Part shown: piece after piece, positions 25,851 through 33,702 of the stretch
How the letters are laid out: each line of letters opens with the position of its first letter
Position numbering within the stretch: the first letter of the stretch is position 1
Assembly (NCBI GenBank): GCA_016930215.1
Contig: JAFGHH010000322.1
Span: forward strand, 1-54,578
Direction of reading: 5' to 3'
Source: Deltaproteobacteria bacterium
GTDB lineage: Bacteria; Myxococcota_A; Polyangia; DRWM01; JAAZOP01
DNA: 54,578 nucleotides
Translations under genes and position numbers: made by a program
Notes under the pieces: model-generated
Databases searched by the model: none
Seen by the model: the letters and a program-made list of their open reading frames with translations, nothing else
Told to the model about the DNA's origin: nothing

Positions 25851-27017
25851 CTACGGCGGCGGAATCATGCCGCGCTCGACTTCGATCCCCGGCAACTCGA
25901 GCGCTCCGAGCTCGAAGACGTCCGCGGCGTCGAGCAGCTCCGCCACGATGGCCGGGAGGGCGTCGGCGCAGCGCACGTGGGACCCGGTCGGGGCGACGTG
26001 CTCGCGCAGCAGCGTCCCGGCGGCGCTCGGTTGGCCGGCGGTCGCCGTGCCGGGTCCGAGGATCGCGTGGACCAGCGCGGCGCAGGTCCGCCGGCGCGAC
26101 GGCTCGGCCAGCGCCTCGCAGCGCGAAACGTCGCGCGCGGCCAGCGCGCGGCAGACCGGCCCGGACCACCGTTCGGCGGGATCCCGGCCGTCGAGCTCCA
26201 CGCAGGACGCCTCGTCCTGGCCGTGAAGCGCGACCAGCCAGATCCGTTCGTCGTTCTGCCGGCTCCACGTCCAGCCGAAGGCCCGGCCCACGGCGCTCGG
26301 CAGGCTCAGGCTCTGCGGCCGCGCCCGCGCCAGTCGGACCAGGTGCGCCACCGACAGGCAGCACGCGCCGTCGCCGTTCCCGTCGACATCGAGCCGATCG
26401 CAGTCCGTCCAGCCGCCCTCGAGCGTCCGGCAGACGGCGCCCCAGAAGGCGGCCTCCCGCAGCAACGGCTCGAGCAGCTCGGCCCCGACCGGCGCGGCGT
26501 CGGGAACCTCGGCGCAGCGGCGCGCGAGGTCCGCGGCGATCCTCGGGATGTCCTCCAGCGCCAGGTCCAGGGCGAGGCGCAGCGCCTGCGCCTGCAGGTC
26601 GGCGCGGAGCGCCGCCAGGGCCTCGCCGAGGCGCGCGTGGGCTTCCGCCATCCGGCGCATGTTCTCCCGCGCCGCCGTGCGCTCGGGCGGCTCGCCGCAG
26701 TGCTGGCCGGGGTCGACGAAGGGCACGGCCTCGAGCGTGGGGCCGCCGTCCGCGGGCTCGAGCGGTGCGGCGGCGCCGTCGTGGGAGACCGACGGTGCGG
26801 CGGCATCCTCGCCCGTTGCCGGCGGTGCGGGGGCGTCGGGCTCCCGGTCCGCGGATCCGGTCGTCGCCTCCGGCGGGGCATCGTCGGTCTGCCCTGCGGT
26901 CTGCTTCGTCGGCGAGCCGTCCGGCTGCCGGCGCTCGACGCGGGCGGAGCGGCAGGCGCCGGCCGCGGCGAGCAGGATCGCGAGGAGTCCCCAGCGGGCG
27001 AGCGTGCGGGTTTGCAT
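25851..27017 (-). CDS. lipoprotein, unknown function
   Basis: 388-aa listed ORF. MQTRTLARWGLLAILLAAAGAC is a signal peptide with a lipobox-like AAGAC. A Pro/Asp/Ala-rich linker follows, then a Cys-containing domain. Confidence 0.6.
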   Translation of the reverse strand: MQTRTLARWGLLAILLAAAGACRSARVERRQPDGSPTKQTAGQTDDAPPEATTGSADREPDAPAPPATGEDAAAPSVSHDGAAAPLEPADGGPTLEAVPFVDPGQHCGEPPERTAARENMRRMAEAHARLGEALAALRADLQAQALRLALDLALEDIPRIAADLARRCAEVPDAAPVGAELLEPLLREAAFWGAVCRTLEGGWTDCDRLDVDGNGDGACCLSVAHLVRLARARPQSLSLPSAVGRAFGWTWSRQNDERIWLVALHGQDEASCVELDGRDPAERWSGPVCRALAARDVSRCEALAEPSRRRTCAALVHAILGPGTATAGQPSAAGTLLREHVAPTGSHVRCADALPAIVAELLDAADVFELGALELPGIEVERGMIPPP

Positions 27018-27057
27018 TCCTTCCTCCGCCGGCGGTCGATGATAGCCGCGTTGTCCC

Positions 27058-27828
27058 TCAGCGCAAGGTGCCGCGGGCCCGGCCGCCCCGGCGTTTCGGC
27101 TCGCGGCGGTGGACGAGCAGCGCGAGGTCGGAGACGCCCTCCCAGCGGACGCGCGGATGGACCCGCAGCCACTCGCGCGCGGTCCGTGTGCGGACCTGGC
27201 TGGCGAACGGGAAGCGCGGTCCGGCAGTCTTGGTCAGATCGAAGAACAGGCTGACGCGGCGGTCGCCGCCGCCGCGGGCGGCGATCCGGCGCAGGCAGTC
27301 CGGCAGGTCCGCCACGGGCAGGAAGACCACGATCGGCTCGGTCGTGCGGGCCAGCGCCTCGCGCATCGCCGGGGCCAGGCGCCCGTCCGCGGGGCGGCAG
27401 AAGAAGGCGAAGGTGAAGCTGTTGCCGAGGTCCCCGGTCCACTCCACGCCGCTCAGCGAGAGCAGCGTCGTGAGGGCCGACGGGCCGGCCAGCGGGACGA
27501 CCCGCACGCCGCGCTCGCGGAGCTCCGCGACGACCCACGCGCCGGGGTCGCAGAAGCAGGGGGCGCCGCCGCCCGCGAGCAGGCCGACGTCCTCTCGCTC
27601 CAGTAGTCCCAGGACGCGTCGCCGGAAGGCGTCGTGCGGAGCCGGCGGCAGGCGCAGCAGAAGCCTGCCGGGGGCGCCCCGGGGGAGCAGGCGCGCCAGC
27701 TCCCGCCGGGTCGTCGGCGGGTCCTCGACCAGCAGCACGCGCAGGCGGCGCAGCGCCTGCAGGACGTTGACGGTCAGGTCCCCGTGGTCGCCGAGGTGCC
27801 AGGGCATCAGGAACAGGCGGCCGGTCAT
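27058..27828 (-). CDS. RsmI-like / tetrapyrrole-methylase-fold SAM-dependent methyltransferase
   Basis: ATG 27828 is in an ATGA overlap with the upstream stop. GRLFLMPWHLGDHGDLTVNVLQALRRLRVLLVED and GGAPCFCDPG resemble RsmI/TP_methylase motifs. Confidence 0.65.
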   Translation of the reverse strand: MTGRLFLMPWHLGDHGDLTVNVLQALRRLRVLLVEDPPTTRRELARLLPRGAPGRLLLRLPPAPHDAFRRRVLGLLEREDVGLLAGGGAPCFCDPGAWVVAELRERGVRVVPLAGPSALTTLLSLSGVEWTGDLGNSFTFAFFCRPADGRLAPAMREALARTTEPIVVFLPVADLPDCLRRIAARGGGDRRVSLFFDLTKTAGPRFPFASQVRTRTAREWLRVHPRVRWEGVSDLALLVHRREPKRRGGRARGTLR

Positions 27829-30146
27829 CGAGCCCTCCCCGTGCCGCGCGTCACGGCGTCGAACCGGTAGAAGCCGGGACAGCCCGCCGCGAACGGGCAC
27901 CCGCGACAGCGCGCGTCGCGCCGCCGCTTCTTCGCCAGCCAGGTCTGGAGGTTGACGCCGGTCTCGCCGACGAAGACCATCGCGCGCTCGGCCTTGCCGA
28001 AGTCGGCGAGCGCGGCGCGCTCGTGGCCCGGCAGCAGGCACGGCGGGCAGTTCACGACCTGGATCGCCAGTCCCGGCGGCGCTCCGTCGAGCAGCGCGCC
28101 GAGGTGCCGGCGCAGCGCCGCCTCCGACGGCACGTGCGACGCGCGCGCCCGGCCGAACGGGGTGACGACCTGCACGTTCCAGCGGGCGACGCCGAGACGC
28201 GCCAGCAGTCGCGCCAGCGCCGGGAGCGCGGCGAGGTTGCGGCGCACGACGGTCGTGTTGACGGCGACCCGCACGTCGTCGCCCGCGGCGGCGAGCAGGC
28301 TGCGCAGTCCGGTGACGGTCTGGGCGAAGCTGCCCGGGGCGCGCGTCAGCTCTTCCTGCCGTGCGCGCGTCGGCGCGTGGAGCGACACCAGCACCTCGGT
28401 GACCCCCGCGCGGACCAGCGCCGCCGCCACGCCCGGCAGGCTGAGCGTCCGGCCGTTGGTGGTGACGGCGATCCGCGCGTAGCCCAGGTCGCGGGCCGCG
28501 GCGACGAGCGTCGTGAGGTCCGGGTGCAGCGTCGGCTCGCCGCCATCGATGTCGAGCAGGTCGAAGCCGCGTTCGCGGTGGCGGCGCAGGGCGGCAAGCA
28601 CGTCGGCGGTCCGGGCGTCTCGGGCCGGGCGGTCGCCCACCGCGCAGAACACGCAGCGGTTGTTGCAGCGGTAGGTCAGGTTGACGATCACCTTGCGCTC
28701 GCGCGTCGCGGCGTCGGGGGCGTCGAGCGCGGCGAGCGCCCGCCGGAGGAACGCGGGGTCGAACTCGCGCGTCGTCAGGCCGCCGGTGCGGAACGCGGCG
28801 TGGAGGTCGGCATCGTCGTCGGCCGGCGTCCCGGCCCGGCGCGCCAGCTCGGTTCCGGGCAGCGGCACGGCGAGCTGCAGCAGCGGCTCGACGCCGCGCG
28901 TGCGCCGCAGGCGGGCGAGGAAGCGGATCGTCCGCACGATCTCCGCCCGCCGCTCGCCGGGGATGCCGATCATCCCGTGCACCCCGAGCGGCACCCCCTC
29001 GGCCGCGCACCATGCCGCCACGCGCTCGACCGCGGCCGGGTCGAGGTTCTTGTGCAGTACGCGCCGCTGGACGCGCGGGACGGCGCTCTCCAACGAGACC
29101 TTGAGCGTGGAGACCAGCGGGCGGAGCCGGCGGACGTGGCGGCGTTGGAGGCGGTCCGCGCGCAGGCCGTTCGGAAACTCGAGCCGCAGCCCGTGCCGCT
29201 CGGCCAGGGCGAGCAGTCGGTCGAAGCGCCGCTCGTCGAGGTTCGCCAGCTCGTCGAGGACCACCAGGCGCCGCAGGCCGAGCGTGCGGACCCAGCGGCC
29301 GACGTCACGCTCGACGCGGACCCACGGGAACGAGCGGACCTGGCGCCGCGGCTCGGGCAGGCCGGGGTTCTTCGAGCAGAAGATGCAGCCGTAGGGGCAG
29401 CCGCGCGTGGTGACCAGCGGCAGCGTCTCGGCGGGCTCGGGCGGGAACGGTCCGGGGCGCCAGGGCGTCGCCAGGACGCGGCGCAGGAAGCCGAACACGG
29501 CCGGCGCGTCGAGCAGCTCGTAGGCGGGCAGCGGCACGTCGTCGAGCGGGAAGGCGACGCGGTTCTCGCGGACGGCGCGGGCGGGCCGGACGCCGGCCTC
29601 CAGCTCCGTGGCGAGGCGGTCGAGCAGCGGCTCGGCCTCGTAGCGTAGCAGCAGGTCGAGCCGCGGGTTCGCGGCGAGCAGGGCGGCGCCGTCGTACTCG
29701 ACGTAGTGCATGCCGCCGACGACCAGGTCGGCGCAGGCCAGCGTGCCGGCCGCGGCGGGCACCGCGTCGAGCAGTCGGGCGAGCCACGGGCGGCCGGGAC
29801 CCGTGGTCAGGAACGGGCTGCCGGCGACCACGGTCAGGTCGGCGCGCAGTCCGGCGAGCCGGTCGAGGAACGGGCGGGCCGGTCGGCCGAGCCAGGCGTG
29901 ATCGGCATGCCGCAGGAGCGCCGCGTCGGGGCCGGCCAGTCCGTCGAGCAGCTCGACGCGCCAGCCGCGGGCGAGCAGCACGGCGGCGGCCTGGCAGGCG
30001 CCGAGGTGGGTCAGCCACGGGTAGTCGATGAACTCCGTCGAAAGGCGCAACGGAGGCAATACGACCGCGGCGCGAAGCGGCGAGCCGGGGGGTGGGGCCG
30101 CGGTCCGGCGGGCGGCGCCGGCGCCGGCGCCGCGGGCGGCGGTCAC
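27825..30146 (-). CDS. fusion protein with two radical SAM cores (class-B N-half + Cx2Cx5C-tail-family C-half)
   Basis: GTG 30146 is in a GTGA overlap and was chosen within listed ORF 27825..31598, giving about 773 aa. The N-half is B12-binding-like with TTRGCPYGCIFC. The C-half has NLTYRCNNRCVFC, IDGGEPTLHPDL and a terminal CRGCPFAAGC. Confidence 0.75.
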   Translation of the reverse strand: MTAARGAGAGAARRTAAPPPGSPLRAAVVLPPLRLSTEFIDYPWLTHLGACQAAAVLLARGWRVELLDGLAGPDAALLRHADHAWLGRPARPFLDRLAGLRADLTVVAGSPFLTTGPGRPWLARLLDAVPAAAGTLACADLVVGGMHYVEYDGAALLAANPRLDLLLRYEAEPLLDRLATELEAGVRPARAVRENRVAFPLDDVPLPAYELLDAPAVFGFLRRVLATPWRPGPFPPEPAETLPLVTTRGCPYGCIFCSKNPGLPEPRRQVRSFPWVRVERDVGRWVRTLGLRRLVVLDELANLDERRFDRLLALAERHGLRLEFPNGLRADRLQRRHVRRLRPLVSTLKVSLESAVPRVQRRVLHKNLDPAAVERVAAWCAAEGVPLGVHGMIGIPGERRAEIVRTIRFLARLRRTRGVEPLLQLAVPLPGTELARRAGTPADDDADLHAAFRTGGLTTREFDPAFLRRALAALDAPDAATRERKVIVNLTYRCNNRCVFCAVGDRPARDARTADVLAALRRHRERGFDLLDIDGGEPTLHPDLTTLVAAARDLGYARIAVTTNGRTLSLPGVAAALVRAGVTEVLVSLHAPTRARQEELTRAPGSFAQTVTGLRSLLAAAGDDVRVAVNTTVVRRNLAALPALARLLARLGVARWNVQVVTPFGRARASHVPSEAALRRHLGALLDGAPPGLAIQVVNCPPCLLPGHERAALADFGKAERAMVFVGETGVNLQTWLAKKRRRDARCRGCPFAAGCPGFYRFDAVTRGTGRAR

Positions 30147-31729
30147 TTGCGGCGGGCGCCCTTCTTCGCCCGGCGCGGCGGGGCCGCGGCCGGTCGGGCC
30201 TTCGCGCGTGCGGCGGGCTTGCCGGCGCGGCGCGGCTCGAACACGCTCGAGCGATCGCGCACCTCGGTCCAGCGGCGCAGCAGCTCCGACAAGCCCGGTT
30301 CGGCCAGGCGCTGGAACAGGTAGTCCAGCATGCCGAGCATGATCCTGCAGCGGTCGTTGGTCGCGCAGCGGGCCACCAGGTCGCCCTGCTCGACGTAGTT
30401 GTAGACCGGGCAGACGCCGCAGTACGGGGCGTAGGCGCAGTCGGCGCAGCCGGGCAGGCATTCCAGGCACGAGGAGACGCACAGCGAGCGGACGGTCGGG
30501 TGGGCGATCAGGTCGGCGTACGTGTGCCGGTGGACGTCGCCGATGCAGAACAGGTCGTCGCCCATCGCGCCGACCATCCGGCCCTCGTCGCAGGTGTAGA
30601 CGCGTCCGTCGTGGTTGTAGGCCAGCTGGCCGATCGCGGCGCCGCAGGGCGAGCGCAGGTCGGCGTAGTTCGGGTCGTCGTCGGTGAGGATCCGCGTCAG
30701 CAGCAGGGCGGCCATCTTCTCGGCCATCTCGATGCCCTGCCGGTTGAGCTCGAGGATGTGGTCGAGGGCGCGGGTCCAGAAGCGGAGGAACTCGTCGGCG
30801 GTGTACCCCTCGCGGGCCCAGATCTTCCGGCCCATGCCGAACGGGTTGAGCGGCCGCAGGTGGACCACCTTCTGGCCCATCCGGACATACTCGTCGACCA
30901 GCGCCTCGGGCCGCGCCAGCGACCCGCGCGAGACGGTGACCAGCGCGTTGACGTAGGCCAGCGCGGGGTCGAGCCGGCGCTTGCGGTAGGCGGCATCGAA
31001 CCGCGCCATCGCGGCCCGGGTCTTGCGGTGGCTCCCGCCGCCGGGCAGCCGGCGGTGGCGGTCGTGCAACTCCGCGGGACCATCGATCGAGGTGCAGACC
31101 GCAACCCCCTGGTCGACCAGATAATCGATCTGGGCCTGGGTCAGGGTCGTGAGGTTGCTGACCAGGCTGAAGTAGAGGTGCTTCGAGCCGTCCGCGGTGC
31201 GGCGCCGCCCCTCCTCGACGAACCAGCGCAGCACCGGGAAGTTGAGCGCCGGCTCGCCGCCCTGGAACTCGATCGTCAGGTCCGGCGCCGGACTCGCGAG
31301 AATCACGTCCAGCACGCGCGCGGCGGTCTCGAGGCTCATGTCGAACCCGGCGCGACGCTCGGGCTGCCGGCTGGCGTGGCAGTAGGTGCAGGCGTGGTTG
31401 CAGCGCAGGGTCAGGACCACGACATGGAGGGTCGGCCCGACCTGCAGGTGATGGCTGCGGCGCCGCACCCGCTCGACAACCCGCGCCTCGACGGCGGCGT
31501 CGTGGAGCATTTCGGTCCGGGCCAGCTCGGCCCACAGCGGGTGGTCGGCCTTCAGCTTTCCCGCCATCAGCGCCTCGAACGGCTCGCGATCGAGCCACAG
31601 GTAGTCGCCGCCGTCGTTCGTCACCAGCACCCGTCCGCCGAGCTCCCGCCAGCGCACGGGCATCAGGTCGGGCTTCCGGTCGGGTTCGGGGCCGGGCTTC
31701 CGGCCACGCGCGGGACGTCGGGCCTTCAT
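30143..31729 (-). CDS. radical SAM/SPASM maturase (HxsB / anaerobic-sulfatase-maturase-like)
   Basis: ATG 31729 (MKARRPARG...) is in an ATGA overlap. Motifs are LTLRCNHACTYC, FQGGEPAL and a SPASM-type array (YNHDGRVYTCDEG ... CLECLPGCADCAYAPYCGVCP). The N-terminal LVTNDGGDYLWLDREPFEAL is reminiscent of HxsB-type maturases, from memory. Confidence 0.8.
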   Translation of the reverse strand: MKARRPARGRKPGPEPDRKPDLMPVRWRELGGRVLVTNDGGDYLWLDREPFEALMAGKLKADHPLWAELARTEMLHDAAVEARVVERVRRRSHHLQVGPTLHVVVLTLRCNHACTYCHASRQPERRAGFDMSLETAARVLDVILASPAPDLTIEFQGGEPALNFPVLRWFVEEGRRRTADGSKHLYFSLVSNLTTLTQAQIDYLVDQGVAVCTSIDGPAELHDRHRRLPGGGSHRKTRAAMARFDAAYRKRRLDPALAYVNALVTVSRGSLARPEALVDEYVRMGQKVVHLRPLNPFGMGRKIWAREGYTADEFLRFWTRALDHILELNRQGIEMAEKMAALLLTRILTDDDPNYADLRSPCGAAIGQLAYNHDGRVYTCDEGRMVGAMGDDLFCIGDVHRHTYADLIAHPTVRSLCVSSCLECLPGCADCAYAPYCGVCPVYNYVEQGDLVARCATNDRCRIMLGMLDYLFQRLAEPGLSELLRRWTEVRDRSSVFEPRRAGKPAARAKARPAAAPPRRAKKGARRK

Positions 31730-31926
31730 GGCTCCACCATCAGGCAGGACAGGGCGTAGTTGGAGAATTCGTCGAGCAGCCGATCGCGGACCGCGGGGTC
31801 GATGGCGGAGAATCGGACCGTCCACCGGCGTCCCTCGCGGCGCGTCTCGATTTCGGCCAGGTGGGCGAACGCCTGCCGGGTCCGGTCGAGCGCCGACTCG
31901 GAGTAGACGGCGGTGTCCAGGTGCAG
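31726..31926 (-). CDS. HxsD-like small ORF lacking a canonical start (CTG start, or degenerate duplicate)
   Basis: A coding-like frame reads VLHLDTAVYSESALDRTRQAFAHLAEIETRREGRRWTVRFSAIDPAVRDRLLDEFSNYALSCLMVEP and ends in an ATGA overlap with the next gene. There is no in-frame ATG, GTG or TTG between the upstream stop (31946) and this segment, only CTG at 31926 and 31920. Confidence 0.3.
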   Translation of the reverse strand: MHLDTAVYSESALDRTRQAFAHLAEIETRREGRRWTVRFSAIDPAVRDRLLDEFSNYALSCLMVEP

Positions 31927-31945
31927 GACGGCGGGAGCCGATCGG

Positions 31946-32404
31946 CTAGCGCCGTTTCTTGCTCTTCTGCTTGGCCTTGCGCTTGTCACCGTACTTCTCC
32001 TCCCAGGGCACCGCGATACCCAGGGGGTCGTCCTGGAAATCGAGCGGGTCGGAGGCCGCCGCGGGCGCCGCGGCCTCGGCCGCCGGTTCCGGGTCGGCCG
32101 AGAGCAGGGCGCGTCCGACGATCGCGGCCCGTAGCGAATCGGTCCGCTCGGCGACCTGGTGGCGGACGAGCTGGTGCAGCAGCTCGTTGCGGAACTCGCC
32201 CGCCAGCGCGGCCAGCGCCGCCGGCGCCAGCGGCTCCTTGCCTTTGAGCCGGACGGACAGCCGTTGCCGCGGGTGGGTCTCGACCAGCACGTAGCAGCGG
32301 TCGAGGAACCGGTAGGCGGCGGCCAGCCCGACCGGACGCGGAAACACGCCTTCGTCGAGCAGCACGTCGACGCTGTTGGCCTTCCTGTCGACCTTGGGAT
32401 CCAT
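31946..32404 (-). CDS. HxsD-like small protein with acidic/Lys-rich tail
   Basis: ATG 32404 (MDPKVDRK...) has GGAAGG upstream and lies within listed ORF 31946..32485. VFPRPVGLAAAYRFLDRCYVLVE...LAGEFRNELLHQLVRHQVAERTDSLRAAIVGRAL fits my recollection of HxsD-type proteins. Confidence 0.6.
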   Translation of the reverse strand: MDPKVDRKANSVDVLLDEGVFPRPVGLAAAYRFLDRCYVLVETHPRQRLSVRLKGKEPLAPAALAALAGEFRNELLHQLVRHQVAERTDSLRAAIVGRALLSADPEPAAEAAAPAAASDPLDFQDDPLGIAVPWEEKYGDKRKAKQKSKKRR

Positions 32405-32456
32405 GGAGTCGGCACCTTCCGGCGGGCGGCGGCGAAGGCGCCGCCCCCGCCGATGG

Positions 32457-32485
32457 AAACTGTCACGCACCCCCGGGGGTGTCAA
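32457..32485 (-). promoter_or_regulatory. putative promoter (TTGACA-N17-CAGTTT) overlapping a perfect 14-nt palindrome CACCCCCGGGGGTG (32468..32481)
   Basis: Read on the minus strand about 50 nt upstream of ATG 32404. The -10 hexamer is weak, keeping only the A2 and T6 consensus positions. Confidence 0.25.
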
Positions 32486-32509
32486 GGGCGACCGGGCGCC
32501 GGCGGCGGG

Positions 32510-33604
<1,095 letters not shown>

Positions 33605-33702
33605 CGGAGCTGCCTCCCGGGTTCGATCCCCGCCGCAACTCTGGCACAACCCGCGAGCGTCGGCAAAGGGGTCGGGGTCGCGCCGCGCGGCGGGAGCCCG
33701 AC

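Noticed and set aside
27058-27828. Taking the TP-methylase-fold gene as evidence that the cluster makes a tetrapyrrole.
   Set aside because: The motifs are closest to RsmI-type rRNA methyltransferases within that fold, and no other tetrapyrrole genes are present. I keep it only as a weak possibility.
31920-31960. Programmed ribosomal frameshift joining the two HxsD-like ORFs.
   Set aside because: The second frame is +1 relative to the first. The sequence before the TAG (AAG AAA CGG CGC TAG) offers no re-pairing +1 site, and no -1 slippery heptamer would reach that frame.
33617-33633. tRNA T-arm-like sequence CCGGG-TTCGATC-CCCGC.
   Set aside because: No matching acceptor, anticodon or D arms flank it. 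On the coding strand it overlaps the Shine-Dalgarno region of the beta-helix lipoprotein gene.
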